Shown here piece after piece: positions 34,549 to 46,575 of a stretch of 64,000 nt of DNA. The notes under the pieces are model-generated. The model was given only the letters and a program-made list of their open reading frames with translations. It was not told the DNA's origin and made no database searches. The position numbers and the translations under genes were made by a program. The stretch is from Gammaproteobacteria bacterium. Its GTDB lineage: Bacteria; Pseudomonadota; Gammaproteobacteria; Natronospirales; JAIVGZ01. How positions within the stretch are numbered: position 1 is the first letter of the stretch; each line of letters begins with the position of its first letter. The DNA lies in NCBI GenBank assembly GCA_040882865.1, contig JBBEAN010000002.1:47564-111563 (forward strand), given 5' to 3'.

Positions 34549-35345
34549 GTGACCTTGAAGCCGGGCGGGAGTGCGATCTCCACGCTCAGCGGCAGGTGAT
34601 CCGAGAACGCGTGCGGCAACACCTTCGCGCCGACGACATCGATGCTCTGGGTGACAAGCACGTGGTCGATGTCGTGCTCCGGTCGCCAGCTCGGAAATGT
34701 ATGCAGCACCTCATCGGGTTCGCGCAAGCCGGTGCGGTGGAAAAATTCGTTCATCTCGGGGCTGCCCGGCCGCGAATTGAAATCACCCATCAGTACCGCG
34801 TGGGGATGGTCCTCCATCATCTCTGCGAGGAATGAGAATTGGCTCCGTCGCGCGCGTTGGGTCAGCGCGAGGTGGACATGGAAAATCGCGAGCGCGTCGT
34901 CACCGCCGCCGAACCGCGCGACCATCACCGCGCGGCCCGGAATCAGGCCGGGTAGCGGGTATTCCTCGACATTGCGCGGCGTCAGTCGGCTGAGAAGCCC
35001 GTGCGCATGCTGCGCGAATGAGCCGAAGCGACGATTCACCTTGTGATGCCAATACGGAAAGTCCGCTTTGCGCGCTAGATACTCGGTGAGGTTCACATAG
35101 CCGGATCGCATGCTGCCGGCGTCGGTCTCCTGCAGCCCGACGATGTCGTGGCCGGCGAGCACCGCTGCAATTCGGTCAAGGTTCCGGTGCCGCCCGGCAT
35201 GGTGCAGGAAATGCTTCCATCCGTGCGTCAGGTATTCCGCGCGCCCGCGCGTCTCGATGCCGACCTGGATGTTGTAGGACAGGAGTCGCAGCGTCGGGCG
35301 CGTGACATCACCGACGGCGACCTGCTCGGGCAACGAGAGACTCAT
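34545..35345 (-). CDS. Endonuclease/exonuclease/phosphatase (EEP) family protein
   Basis: SYNI, LQE, MGDFN, IDH, SDHLP motifs. Confidence 0.9.
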   Translation of the reverse strand: MSLSLPEQVAVGDVTRPTLRLLSYNIQVGIETRGRAEYLTHGWKHFLHHAGRHRNLDRIAAVLAGHDIVGLQETDAGSMRSGYVNLTEYLARKADFPYWHHKVNRRFGSFAQHAHGLLSRLTPRNVEEYPLPGLIPGRAVMVARFGGGDDALAIFHVHLALTQRARRSQFSFLAEMMEDHPHAVLMGDFNSRPGSPEMNEFFHRTGLREPDEVLHTFPSWRPEHDIDHVLVTQSIDVVGAKVLPHAFSDHLPLSVEIALPPGFKVT

Positions 35346-35362
35346 GGTTCCAATCTGCGACG

Positions 35363-36136
35363 CTAGGCCGGTGAAAGCAAGTCGGCGGGCACCGTGATTT
35401 GATAACGCGCGTCGAGCCTGCCGCCGACGACCACCTGCCGCTTGCCGGACCCGACAAAGACACGGGTGCGGTCGATTTGGTCATTCCAAGGGTGCGCATG
35501 CCGGTCTGCGAACCAAAGAAACAGCCGGTTGACCTGGACATGTCGTGACCAGCCCAGCAACTGGGTCAGCGCGGGCACGTCCAGCGTGTGTGCGGCGGCG
35601 AACAGGGCGTCGACCGCATCGAAGGCCAGTGCATCCGGCAGCAGGGCGACGGACTCGAGCAGCGCACGCTCGGGCGTCGCGATCCACATTGACCAGTCCC
35701 ACGGGCCCCATTGGACCGGCACGATGCCCGCACGCACGCGGGGAGGCAGTAGCGCGAAGCGATGCACGCGGACCGGCTCGCGGAGCTTCGCGCGCGCCAT
35801 CCACGCGGGCGACTTCGCGCGACCGAACAGCTCGACCGTCCGTTCGTCGCCCGGCGTCCAGCCATGCAGCGCCAGCGCGCTGGGGCCGCCGACGTGCAGC
35901 GGCAAGCCCGCGCGCTGCAGCGAGATCACCAGCTGCTGCCAGCGCATCGGCCGCGCGAGCGCCTGGTCGGGTCCGCGCAGGTACGCGCCGCGGCCGACGA
36001 GATGAAGCCACCCCGATTTCACATACCGATCGAGTGCGGCGCCGGTCAGCCCGGTGACCAGGAGCTGCTTACGCGTCACGATGAGCCCTTCCGGGGCCAC
36101 CTGGTGGAGCAAGGCGAGTGAGGCGCGGGTCGCCAT
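35363..36136 (-). CDS. AbiEi-like type IV TA antitoxin / wHTH regulator, no adjacent toxin
   Basis: PEG..VT..L...G......YVKSGWL..VGRGAY N-terminus; PERALLE; RLFLWFA.RH.H.W; GSGKR; GAGGAG SD. Confidence 0.8.
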   Translation of the reverse strand: MATRASLALLHQVAPEGLIVTRKQLLVTGLTGAALDRYVKSGWLHLVGRGAYLRGPDQALARPMRWQQLVISLQRAGLPLHVGGPSALALHGWTPGDERTVELFGRAKSPAWMARAKLREPVRVHRFALLPPRVRAGIVPVQWGPWDWSMWIATPERALLESVALLPDALAFDAVDALFAAAHTLDVPALTQLLGWSRHVQVNRLFLWFADRHAHPWNDQIDRTRVFVGSGKRQVVVGGRLDARYQITVPADLLSPA

Positions 36137-36182
36137 GGTTTACTCCTCGGTTATTAGACGGGCTTATGGACCGAGTATAGCG

Positions 36183-37508
36183 CTATTTCCCGATACAAAA
36201 GCTCGAAAAAATCTTTCCGAGCAGGTCCTCGGTCGTGACCGTGCCGGTGATCTCGCCCAATGCCTGCTGCGTCAACCGAAGCTCTTCCGCGAGCAGCTCG
36301 CCAGCATGGCGCGTCTCCAGCGCCTCGAGCCCCTCGACCAAGTGGCGCCGCGCGCGTGCAAGCGCGTCGAGGTGGCGGCGGCGCGCGCTGAACGTGCCGC
36401 CGGTATCGCGCCAACCGGCGATGGTTTTCAGGTGTGCACAAAGAGCGTCGACGCCCGCGCCTGTTTTGGCTGAGATGCGCACCGTGTCTCCGTCGCAGCC
36501 CGCGATCTCTCCGGTCAGGTCGATTTTGTTGCGCACGAGCGTGACAGGCCGGCGCTCAAGTGCGGCATCCAGCGACAGCACAGGCGTCGCATCACTCGCA
36601 TCCACGACGACCAGCACGCGGTCCGCCCGCAATATCTCATCGCGCGCGCGGCGCACGCCTTCCTGCTCGATGGCGTCAGCCCCCTCGCGCAATCCGGCGG
36701 TGTCGATGATGCGCACGGGCATGCCGTCGATGATGATGTCCTCGCGCAACACATCACGTGTCGTGCCCGGCGTCGCGGTCACGATTGCCGCGTCGTGCCC
36801 GGCGAGCCGATTCAGCAAGCTCGACTTGCCCGCATTCGGTGCGCCGGCGATGACGACAACGAGTCCGTCGCGCAGCAGCGCGCCCTGGTGGGCTTCGGCG
36901 AGCAGTTCGTCGACCTGCGCAATCAACGAGCGTACGCGGCGAGCGGCATCGCCATCGGCGAGAAAATCGACCTCGTCGTCGGGGAAATCGATCGCGGCTT
37001 CGACGAATGCCCGGACCTCGGTCACCCCATCGACGACCGCGTGCACGAGTGTCGAGAACGCGCCCGAGAGCGAGCGCAGCGCGGCGTTCACCGCTTGATT
37101 GGACGCGCTGTCGATGAGGTCCGCGATCGCCTCGGCCTGTGTGAGGTCGAGCTTTCCGTTCAGGAATGCGCGTTCCGAGAACTCGCCTGCGCGTGCCGGG
37201 CGGGCGCCGAGCGACAGTACGTGAGCCAGTAGACGATCGAGCACCACCGGTCCGCCGTGGCCATGAAGTTCGAGCACGGCTTCGCCCGTGAATGAGCTTT
37301 TGTCCGGGAAATACAGCGCTAGGCCGTCGTCGAGCGTGGCGCCATCGGCGTCACGGAACAGCGCGTGCGTCGCGTGGCGCGCATCGGGCAAGCGACCGAG
37401 TAGCGCGCGCGCAATGTCAGGGGCACGCGGACCCGACACGCGGAGGATGCCGATGCCACCGCGCCCGGGCGGTGTGGCAATCGCTGCGATGGTGTCGTGT
37501 GTATCCAT
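36183..37508 (-). CDS. mnmE: tRNA modification GTPase MnmE (TrmE)
   Basis: [23 protein letters not shown]-terminal FCIGK. Confidence 0.98.
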   Translation of the reverse strand: MDTHDTIAAIATPPGRGGIGILRVSGPRAPDIARALLGRLPDARHATHALFRDADGATLDDGLALYFPDKSSFTGEAVLELHGHGGPVVLDRLLAHVLSLGARPARAGEFSERAFLNGKLDLTQAEAIADLIDSASNQAVNAALRSLSGAFSTLVHAVVDGVTEVRAFVEAAIDFPDDEVDFLADGDAARRVRSLIAQVDELLAEAHQGALLRDGLVVVIAGAPNAGKSSLLNRLAGHDAAIVTATPGTTRDVLREDIIIDGMPVRIIDTAGLREGADAIEQEGVRRARDEILRADRVLVVVDASDATPVLSLDAALERRPVTLVRNKIDLTGEIAGCDGDTVRISAKTGAGVDALCAHLKTIAGWRDTGGTFSARRRHLDALARARRHLVEGLEALETRHAGELLAEELRLTQQALGEITGTVTTEDLLGKIFSSFCIGK

Positions 37509-37520
37509 CCGGGGATTCTA

Positions 37521-37606
37521 TCGCGGCGCAAAGGCGCCGCTCCTACAGTTTAGCCATGCCCGGCGCCGTGCATTTCCAATCGCGACGCCGAGAGCGTCGC
37601 TCCCAC
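37521..37606 (-). repeat. Direct REP pair (B 37580-37606, A 37521-37546)
   Basis: Minus strand GTGGGAGCGACGCTCTCGGCGTCGCGA then GTAGGAGCGGCGCCTTTGCGCCGCGA. Confidence 0.9.
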
Positions 37607-37637
37607 CTGTCGCGGATGAGCGCGTCGCACCCGCTTG

Positions 37638-39281
37638 TCAGTCTTTTGCGCCGTCCTCGATCTTCTTCGTGATGTACGCCTGTTGGCTCAATGAAATCAG
37701 GTTGTTCACGAACCAGTAGAGCACGAGGCCCGACGGGAAGAACGCGAAAAACACGGTGAACACAATCGGCAAGAACGTCATCACCTTCGCCTGCACTGGG
37801 TCGACCGGCGCCGGGTTCAAGCGCTGCTGCAGGAACATGCTCGCGCCCATCAGCACGGGCAGCACGAAGTATGGGTCCCGCGCTGACAGATCCTGGATCC
37901 ACAGCATGAATGGCGCTTGGCGCAGTTCGACCGACTCGAGCAATACCCAATACAGCGCGATGAACACCGGAATCTGCACGAGGATCGGCAAACAGCCGCC
38001 GAGCGGATTGATCTTGTCCTTTTTATACAGCTCCATCATGGCCTGGTTCAGGCGTTGGCGGTCATCCTTGTAACGCTCCTGAAGCGCCTTCATGCGCGGC
38101 TGCACCTTGCGCATCTTCGCCATCGACTTGTAGCTGGTCTCCGACAGTTTGAAGAACACGAGCTTGATGAGCACGGTCAGGAAAATGATCGCCCAACCCC
38201 AATTCCCGACGACCGAATGGATCTTGTCGAGCAGCCAGAACAGCGGTTCGGAGATGAACGTCAGCCAGCCGTAGTCGACCGTGCGCGCGAGCCCGGGCGC
38301 GACTTCGGAGAGGCGGTCCTGAAGTTTCGGGCCGAGATACAGGCGCGATGCGAGTGTCGTGCTCTCGCCGGGCGCAACGCTGACGGCGGGCGCACGCGTG
38401 CCGATCGCATACCGGCCGCCATCGAGCATCAGCGTGTAAAAGTGATTGACCGAGTCGGTCGGGGGAATCGCCGCGGCGATGAAGTAGTGCTGAACCATTG
38501 CCGTCCACCCCCCCGCGAAGTCGCCCGCGAACGGCTCGGCGATGATGTCCTCGAAATCGATCTTTCGGTACTTCGTCCCGTCGTGCACCGCCGCCCCGAG
38601 ATACGTCGGCATGAACCACGACGGCTCGACCGGCACGGCTGCGGTCCGCTGCATCTGCAGGTATTGCGCGCCCTGCCACGGTTCGTTGCGTCGGTTTTCG
38701 ACGCGATGCTCGACGCCGACTTCGTAGTCCCCGCGCTTGAACACATACGTCTTCGTGACGCGCAGCCCGGCGCCGTCGTCAAACGTGAGCGGGACGCGAA
38801 CTTCATCGGCATCGCCGAGCCGGTAGGTCGCGCGCTCCGCTCGCCACGTCGCATGATGCGTCGGAGCAGCCTCGTCGTTGCTGAGCAGCCCGCCCTGAAC
38901 GACGAAAAACACCGGCAACTCGTCCGAGAGCAGTGGGAACGGCGTGTGCGGCTCGTCCTTGTGGAGCGGGTAATCCAGGAGGCGTAGCGAACGCAGGTCG
39001 CCCCCAGCGGTGTCTATCTCGACCGCGAGCACATCCGTTTCTACGCGGATTCTTTGCTCACTGCGCACGACCTGCGCGGCCTGCCCCGGCTCGCTTGAGC
39101 GCGCCTCGACGGGTGTTGCCGGCAAGTCGGGCAAGTCGTCAACGCGCTGCGGCAGCTGCGCCTCGCCCGTCGTGACCGGTTGGGCTACGGGTCGCGCCGA
39201 ATAGTCCTTCTGCCATTCTTGCCAGATCAGGAACAACACCAGCGCGAACGCGGCGTAAAGGAAAAAGCGCGGGTTATCCAT
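37638..39281 (-). CDS. yidC: Membrane protein insertase YidC
   Basis: DYGWL, GNWGWAII, NPLGGCLP; ATG 39281. Confidence 0.97.
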   Translation of the reverse strand: MDNPRFFLYAAFALVLFLIWQEWQKDYSARPVAQPVTTGEAQLPQRVDDLPDLPATPVEARSSEPGQAAQVVRSEQRIRVETDVLAVEIDTAGGDLRSLRLLDYPLHKDEPHTPFPLLSDELPVFFVVQGGLLSNDEAAPTHHATWRAERATYRLGDADEVRVPLTFDDGAGLRVTKTYVFKRGDYEVGVEHRVENRRNEPWQGAQYLQMQRTAAVPVEPSWFMPTYLGAAVHDGTKYRKIDFEDIIAEPFAGDFAGGWTAMVQHYFIAAAIPPTDSVNHFYTLMLDGGRYAIGTRAPAVSVAPGESTTLASRLYLGPKLQDRLSEVAPGLARTVDYGWLTFISEPLFWLLDKIHSVVGNWGWAIIFLTVLIKLVFFKLSETSYKSMAKMRKVQPRMKALQERYKDDRQRLNQAMMELYKKDKINPLGGCLPILVQIPVFIALYWVLLESVELRQAPFMLWIQDLSARDPYFVLPVLMGASMFLQQRLNPAPVDPVQAKVMTFLPIVFTVFFAFFPSGLVLYWFVNNLISLSQQAYITKKIEDGAKD

Positions 39282-39513
39282 GAGGGTTACGGAGTTCCGT
39301 CGGTTGAGGCACTGGGTCCACGCCGCCCGCATGCCACGGGTGGCAGCGCGCGACGCGTTTTACGGCCATCCAGCCACCGCGCAGCGCGCCGTGGGTGTCG
39401 ACCGCCTCAAGTGCGTATGAGGAGCAGGTTGGATAGTAGCGGCAACGCGGCCCTATCGCCGGGCTCACGAGCCAGCGGTACGCGTTGATCAGGGTTTTGA
39501 CGACGGTTCGCAT
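39274..39513 (-). CDS. yidD: Membrane protein insertion efficiency factor
   Basis: CRYYPTCSSYA...RCHPW. Confidence 0.95.
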   Translation of the reverse strand: MRTVVKTLINAYRWLVSPAIGPRCRYYPTCSSYALEAVDTHGALRGGWMAVKRVARCHPWHAGGVDPVPQPTELRNPHG

Positions 39514-39842
39514 CGGCCTGGAATAGCCCTGTAATGACGTTCGAGGCTGGCGCGCAGCTCGCGACTGTCCAGCTTGTCCGCGCCGGGTCGCGCCATTACG
39601 ACGACGTCGATGCCAGCGAGTGCGTGCTGGTGTTGGCGGAAGGCCTCGCGCGCGAGCCGCTTCAACCGGTTACGTGAGGTCGCGCGGCGTGCCGCTTTGC
39701 GCGAAATCGCGAGTCCGAGCCGGCCGATTGTAAGGCCGTTCGCGCATCCTAGCAGTGTGAAGCATTGATCGGCGCTGCGTTTGCCGCGCTCGAATACCCG
39801 TGCAAAATTCTGCGTTTCCGAGAGCCGCGCTTCGCGCGGCAA
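39489..39842 (-). CDS. rnpA: RNase P protein component
   Basis: RLGLAISRK, RNRLKR; synteny. Confidence 0.95.
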   Translation of the reverse strand: MPREARLSETQNFARVFERGKRSADQCFTLLGCANGLTIGRLGLAISRKAARRATSRNRLKRLAREAFRQHQHALAGIDVVVMARPGADKLDSRELRASLERHYRAIPGRCEPSSKP

Positions 39843-39856
39843 TCGTGCGTCCCGTA

Positions 39857-39991
39857 CTACGGGCAGAGCTTGGCCCGGCCTTTCGCCCGGCGCGCCTTCA
39901 ATACCTTGCGGCCATTCTTTGTGGCCATGCGGGCGCGGAACCCGTGGGTGCGGGCGCGTCGGAGATTGCTCGGCTGGTAAGTTCTTTGCAT
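39857..39991 (-). CDS. rpmH: 50S ribosomal protein L34
   Basis: [22 protein letters not shown], 44 aa. Confidence 0.97.
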   Translation of the reverse strand: MQRTYQPSNLRRARTHGFRARMATKNGRKVLKARRAKGRAKLCP

Positions 39992-40019
39992 GGTATTCAA
40001 TCCGATTTTCGAGGGGCGA

Positions 40020-40048
40020 AGCCTACTGGCGAGGCTCGCCAATGTCAA
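40020..40048 (-). promoter_or_regulatory. sigma70 promoter of the rpmH operon
   Basis: TTGACA-17 bp-TAGGCT on the minus strand. Confidence 0.72.
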
Positions 40049-40070
40049 TCTTTTGAATGTGTCGGAACCC

Positions 40071-40101
40071 TGTGGATAACCCCGTCCGCGCGCGCTAGAC
40101 T
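40071..40101 (+). promoter_or_regulatory. DnaA box overlapping the -35 position of the putative dnaA promoter
   Basis: TGTGGATAA at 40071-40079; TAGACT -10 at 40096-40101. Confidence 0.75.
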
Positions 40102-40116
40102 GGCCCCCTTCACGAT

Positions 40117-41487
40117 GTGACCTGGTTGGGGGAAACGCTTTTGGACGCCACGCTGTGGCAGCGCTGCATTCGCCGGCTCGAGGGAGAGCTCTCGGAGCAG
40201 CAGCTGAATACTTGGATTCGTCCGCTGCAGGCGGTCGAGGAGCCACAGCTGCTCCGCTTGTACGCGCCCAACCGTTTCGTTGTCGACTGGGTTTCCGAGC
40301 ACTTTCTGGCCCGCCTGAGCGAAATTGCGGTCGAGCTCAAGCCGGCCGACGCGCCGCGCGTGGTGTTGGAAATCGGCTCCTCGGTGGTCACGCCAGCGCC
40401 CCAGGCAGCGCCGATCAACGGATCCCGCCCGGGGTCCCGCGCCGCGCCTGTGCGCCCGATGCCCGGCGCAACGCGCCTCGATCCTCGTTTCTCATTCGAG
40501 AATTTCGTCGAAGGTAAGTCGAACCAGCTCGCGCGCGCGGCGGCACAGCAGGTCGCCGAGAACCCCGGTCACGCCTACAACCCATTTTTCGTCTACGGGG
40601 GCGTCGGGCTCGGCAAGACGCACCTGATGCACGCCATCGGTAACGCAATTCTGAAGCGCAACCCGCAGGCGAAGGTCGCGTACCTGAACTCCGAGCGTTT
40701 CGTCGCCGACATGGTGAAGGCGCTGCAGCACAACACCATCAATGAGTTCAAGCGTTTTTATCGCAGTGTCGACGCGTTACTCATCGACGACATCCAGTTT
40801 TTCGCCGGCAAAGACCGCACGCAGGAAGAATTCTTTCATACGTTCAATGCGCTGCTCGAGGCCCACCACCAGGTCATCCTGAGCTGCGACCGCTATCCGA
40901 AAGAGGTGAACGGACTCGAGGAGCGCCTCAAATCCCGCTTTGGCTGGGGCTTGACCGTCGCGATCGGGCCGCCGGAACTCGAGACCAGCGTCGCAATCTT
41001 GATGACCAAAGCCGCTGACGCCGGCGTGGACTTACCGCACGAAGTTGCGTTCCTGATCGCGAAACGAATCCGCTCGAACGTGCGCGAACTCGAGGGTGCG
41101 CTGCGCCGTGTGATCGCGAATTCCAATTTCACCGGCCAACCGATTACGCTTGACTTCGCGCGCGAAGCGTTACGAGACCTATTGGCGCTGCAGGACCGAT
41201 TGGTCACAATCGACAATATCCAAAAAACGGTGGCGGAGTATTTCAAGATAAGGATCTCGGACCTGCAGTCGAAGTCGCGCAGTCGTTCGGTCACGCGGCC
41301 GCGCCAAATGGCGATGGCGCTCGCGAAAGAACTGACGAGCCACAGCCTGCCGGAGATTGGCGAGGGCTTCGGCGGGCGCGACCACACGACGGTGTTGCAC
41401 GCGTGTCGCAAGGTGAAGGAATTGCGTGACCAGGACCTGCGTTTTGACGAAGATTATTTGAATCTGTTGAGGACGCTGACAACATGA
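40117..41487 (+). CDS. dnaA: Chromosomal replication initiator DnaA (start GTG 40117 or TTG 40141)
   Basis: [28 protein letters not shown]. Confidence 0.99.
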   Translation: MTWLGETLLDATLWQRCIRRLEGELSEQQLNTWIRPLQAVEEPQLLRLYAPNRFVVDWVSEHFLARLSEIAVELKPADAPRVVLEIGSSVVTPAPQAAPINGSRPGSRAAPVRPMPGATRLDPRFSFENFVEGKSNQLARAAAQQVAENPGHAYNPFFVYGGVGLGKTHLMHAIGNAILKRNPQAKVAYLNSERFVADMVKALQHNTINEFKRFYRSVDALLIDDIQFFAGKDRTQEEFFHTFNALLEAHHQVILSCDRYPKEVNGLEERLKSRFGWGLTVAIGPPELETSVAILMTKAADAGVDLPHEVAFLIAKRIRSNVRELEGALRRVIANSNFTGQPITLDFAREALRDLLALQDRLVTIDNIQKTVAEYFKIRISDLQSKSRSRSVTRPRQMAMALAKELTSHSLPEIGEGFGGRDHTTVLHACRKVKELRDQDLRFDEDYLNLLRTLTT

Positions 41488-41716
41488 TGTGGAGAGCCTG
41501 TGGATAGTCTTGGGGATAAGTTCATCCCCTGTTTTATCCACAGGTTCTTTACAGGCCGCGGACGGGTTATATGTGGGGTATACCGCATTACGGAGTGTGT
41601 AATTGGTTGATATCATTCTGTTTTTAGGATTGATGCACAATTGGGCGAGGCCCTAATAATCGTAGTAAAGAGCCTTTTCACAATCTTTAATAACAGCCAG
41701 ATGCAAGGGGCAAACC
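41488..41716. other. Putative oriC in the dnaA-dnaN spacer
   Basis: DnaA boxes TTATCCACA 41534-41542, TGTGGATAG 41499, TGGGGATAA 41511, TGATGCACA 41631; IHF consensus 41600-41612; trio-like run 41654-41668; AT-rich. Confidence 0.88.
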
Positions 41717-42811
41717 ATGAAGTTCCAGGCTGATCGAGAGACTTTGTTGAAACCGATTCAGGCGGTTATCGGGGTGGTCGAACGCCGCCAGACGATGCCA
41801 ATCCTGGCGAACATGTTGTTGGTTGCGAACGACAGCGGCCTGGCTGTGACAGCGACAGACCTCGAGGTTGAGCTCGTTGCGAACGCCGCGCTGGACGTGT
41901 CGCAACCCGGTGAAGTCACCGTACCGGGTCGCAAGCTCCTCGATATCTGCCGCGCATTACCGGACGGTGCGAAGGTCAATGTTTCGCTCGATAAGGGCAA
42001 ACTCGTGATCAAGTCCGGGCGCAGCCGGTTCACGCTGTCCACGCTACCGGCCGGCGAATTCCCATCGGTCGATGACATCCAAAGCCGGGAGCAAATCGAA
42101 ATTGGCCGCGGGGTCGTGAGCGAACTCATCGACCGGACACATTTCGCGATGGCGCAACAGGATGTGCGTTATTACCTGAACGGCATGCTGCTCGAGCTTC
42201 GTGAAGGCCGCATCCGCGCCGTCGCGACCGATGGTCATCGGCTCGCGATGTGCGAAGCAGAGACTGCGACCGGCGAGACCATCCAAGTCATCGTGCCGCG
42301 CAAGGGGGTGCTCGAACTGCACCGCATGCTCGGTACCGAAGACGGTAACGCGACGATTGCTTTCGGTACGAACCATCTGCGCGTGACCCTCGGCAGCGCG
42401 CGGCTCACCACGAAGCTGATCGACGGTCGTTTCCCCGATTACGAACGGGTGTTGCCCAAGGGCGGCGACAAGGACGTGATTGCCGATCGGCAGTTGTTGC
42501 GCGAAGCGCTGCAGCGGGCGTCGATTCTGTCGAATGAGAAGTACCGCGGCGTGCGGCTGCAGCTTGCGGAGAACCTGCTGAAAATCCAGGCGCACAACCC
42601 GGAACAGGAAGAAGCCGAGGACGAGGTCGAGGTAAAATATGGCGGCCCTGAGCTGGAAATTGGCTTTAATGTCAATTACTTACTGGACGCTCTCGGTGCG
42701 GTCACTACGAACGATGCCCGAATCACGCTGACGGACGGGAATAGCAGCTGCCTGATTCGTGAGCCGGGTAACGACCGGTGCAAGTACGTTGTGATGCCGA
42801 TGCGGCTCTGA
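41717..42811 (+). CDS. dnaN: DNA polymerase III beta clamp
   Basis: ATDLE, ATDGHRL, IGFNVNYLLD, YVVMPMRL. Confidence 0.99.
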   Translation: MKFQADRETLLKPIQAVIGVVERRQTMPILANMLLVANDSGLAVTATDLEVELVANAALDVSQPGEVTVPGRKLLDICRALPDGAKVNVSLDKGKLVIKSGRSRFTLSTLPAGEFPSVDDIQSREQIEIGRGVVSELIDRTHFAMAQQDVRYYLNGMLLELREGRIRAVATDGHRLAMCEAETATGETIQVIVPRKGVLELHRMLGTEDGNATIAFGTNHLRVTLGSARLTTKLIDGRFPDYERVLPKGGDKDVIADRQLLREALQRASILSNEKYRGVRLQLAENLLKIQAHNPEQEEAEDEVEVKYGGPELEIGFNVNYLLDALGAVTTNDARITLTDGNSSCLIREPGNDRCKYVVMPMRL

Positions 42812-42859
42812 GTCCGTGGCGGCCAGCTCCGACGGCCGACACCATCATAGGTGCTACAG

Positions 42860-42930
42860 GTGGGAGCGACGCTCTCGGCGTCGCGAATGAAGGTGGCTCG
42901 ACTTGTAGGAGCGGCGCCTTCGCGCCGCGA
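42860..42930 (+). repeat. Direct REP pair (B 42860-42886, A 42905-42930)
   Basis: Same B-then-A order as at 37.5 kb. Confidence 0.9.
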
Positions 42931-42945
42931 TGCTAAGGTGCGCCG

Positions 42946-44028
42946 ATGCTCCGCTCGTTGACCATCCAGGACTTCCGCTGTATCGAGCGCGCGGAGCTCG
43001 ACTTTGCCCCTGATTTGAACCTAATCGTCGGCCCCAACGCGTCCGGAAAGACGACCCTCCTTGAGGCCATCTTTTTCCTCGGTCGGGCGCGCTCGTTCCG
43101 TACCGCGCGAATCGGGCCGCTGATCCGGGACGAAGCGCACGAGCTCGTCGTCTCAGGCCAGGTGTCGCAGGGGGGCCGGGCTGTACCGATTGGTCTGCGG
43201 CGAGGCCGTCGGGGCGGAGAGATGCGGCTCGCCACTCAACCGCTGCGCAGTCTCGCCGACTTGACGGAGGCGTTTCCGGTGCAGGTTCTCGACCCCACGG
43301 TTCACGGGTTGCTCGATGGCGGCCCTCGCGAACGACGGCGGTTCTTGGACTGGGGGGTGTTCCACGTGGAACAGGGCTTCCACGGAGTCTGGCAACGCTA
43401 TAGCCGGGCGCTGCGCCAGCGAAACAGCGCGCTGCGCGCGCAAGCCGACCGCAGCGCGGTCGCGGTGTGGGAGCGGGAGCTGCTCGAAGCCGGCTCACTG
43501 ATCGACGCGCACCGGCGTCGCTATCTGGATGCGCTTAAACCCGGACTCCAACAGACGGCCACGGCATTGCTCGAGACCGATGAGGCCGTCGAACTTGAGT
43601 ATTACCCGGGCTGGGGCCGGGAAGTTGATTTCGAGGAGGCGCTGGCGAAAAGCGGGCCCCGCGACCGGCAGTCGGGCGCCACGCAGGTCGGCCCCCATCG
43701 CGCGGACCTCTTGATTCATCTGGGCAGCCACCGCGCACAGGAGCGGGTCTCTCGTGGCCAGCAGAAGGTGCTAGCCGGGGCCCTGGTGCTCAGCCAGCTC
43801 GCCGAGTACCACCGCCGGACGGGCAGAGCCGCCGCGTTGCTTGCGGACGACGTCTCCGCAGAGCTCGATCCGGCGCATTTGTTGCGCTTCCTGAACCTCG
43901 CCCGCGCCGGCGCGAGCCAGCTGTTCATTACGGCGATTCGACCGGAATCGCTACCCGCCGAAGTGCTGGAATCCGCGCGGATGTTCCACGTGGAACAGGG
44001 ACATGTAAAAACGCCCGAAAGCCTTTGA
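42946..44028 (+). CDS. recF: DNA replication/repair protein RecF
   Basis: GPNASGKT, GPHRADL, SRGQQK, DDVSAELD. Confidence 0.97.
   Translation: MLRSLTIQDFRCIERAELDFAPDLNLIVGPNASGKTTLLEAIFFLGRARSFRTARIGPLIRDEAHELVVSGQVSQGGRAVPIGLRRGRRGGEMRLATQPLRSLADLTEAFPVQVLDPTVHGLLDGGPRERRRFLDWGVFHVEQGFHGVWQRYSRALRQRNSALRAQADRSAVAVWERELLEAGSLIDAHRRRYLDALKPGLQQTATALLETDEAVELEYYPGWGREVDFEEALAKSGPRDRQSGATQVGPHRADLLIHLGSHRAQERVSRGQQKVLAGALVLSQLAEYHRRTGRAAALLADDVSAELDPAHLLRFLNLARAGASQLFITAIRPESLPAEVLESARMFHVEQGHVKTPESL
43358..43373. promoter_or_regulatory. parS site 1 (inside recF)
   Basis: Perfect palindrome TGTTCCACGTGGAACA. Confidence 0.92.
43982..43997. promoter_or_regulatory. parS site 2 (inside recF)
   Basis: Perfect palindrome TGTTCCACGTGGAACA. 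Confidence 0.92.
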
Positions 44029-46479
<2,451 letters not shown>

Positions 46480-46484
46480 TTGAA

Positions 46485-46568
46485 TCGCGGCGCGGAGCGC
46501 CGCTCTCACCTGATATAACCACCGTCGATGGGAGCCTTGTTGTGGGAGCGACGCTCTCGGCGTCGCGA
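46485..46568. repeat. Inverted REP doublet between convergent gyrB and plsC
   Basis: Minus-strand variant GTGAGAGCGGCGCTCCGCGCCGCGA at 46485-46509; plus-strand B unit at 46542-46568. Confidence 0.85.
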
Positions 46569-46575
46569 TAAAGTC

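Noticed and set aside
29952-36182. Genomic island integrated at the mnmE 3' end
   Set aside because: No integrase, no visible duplication of the mnmE 3' end, and no obvious composition shift.
43467-43480. GTGGGAGCG in recF as another intragenic REP
   Set aside because: Only the foot matches and no hairpin follows; it is ordinary coding sequence (VWERE).
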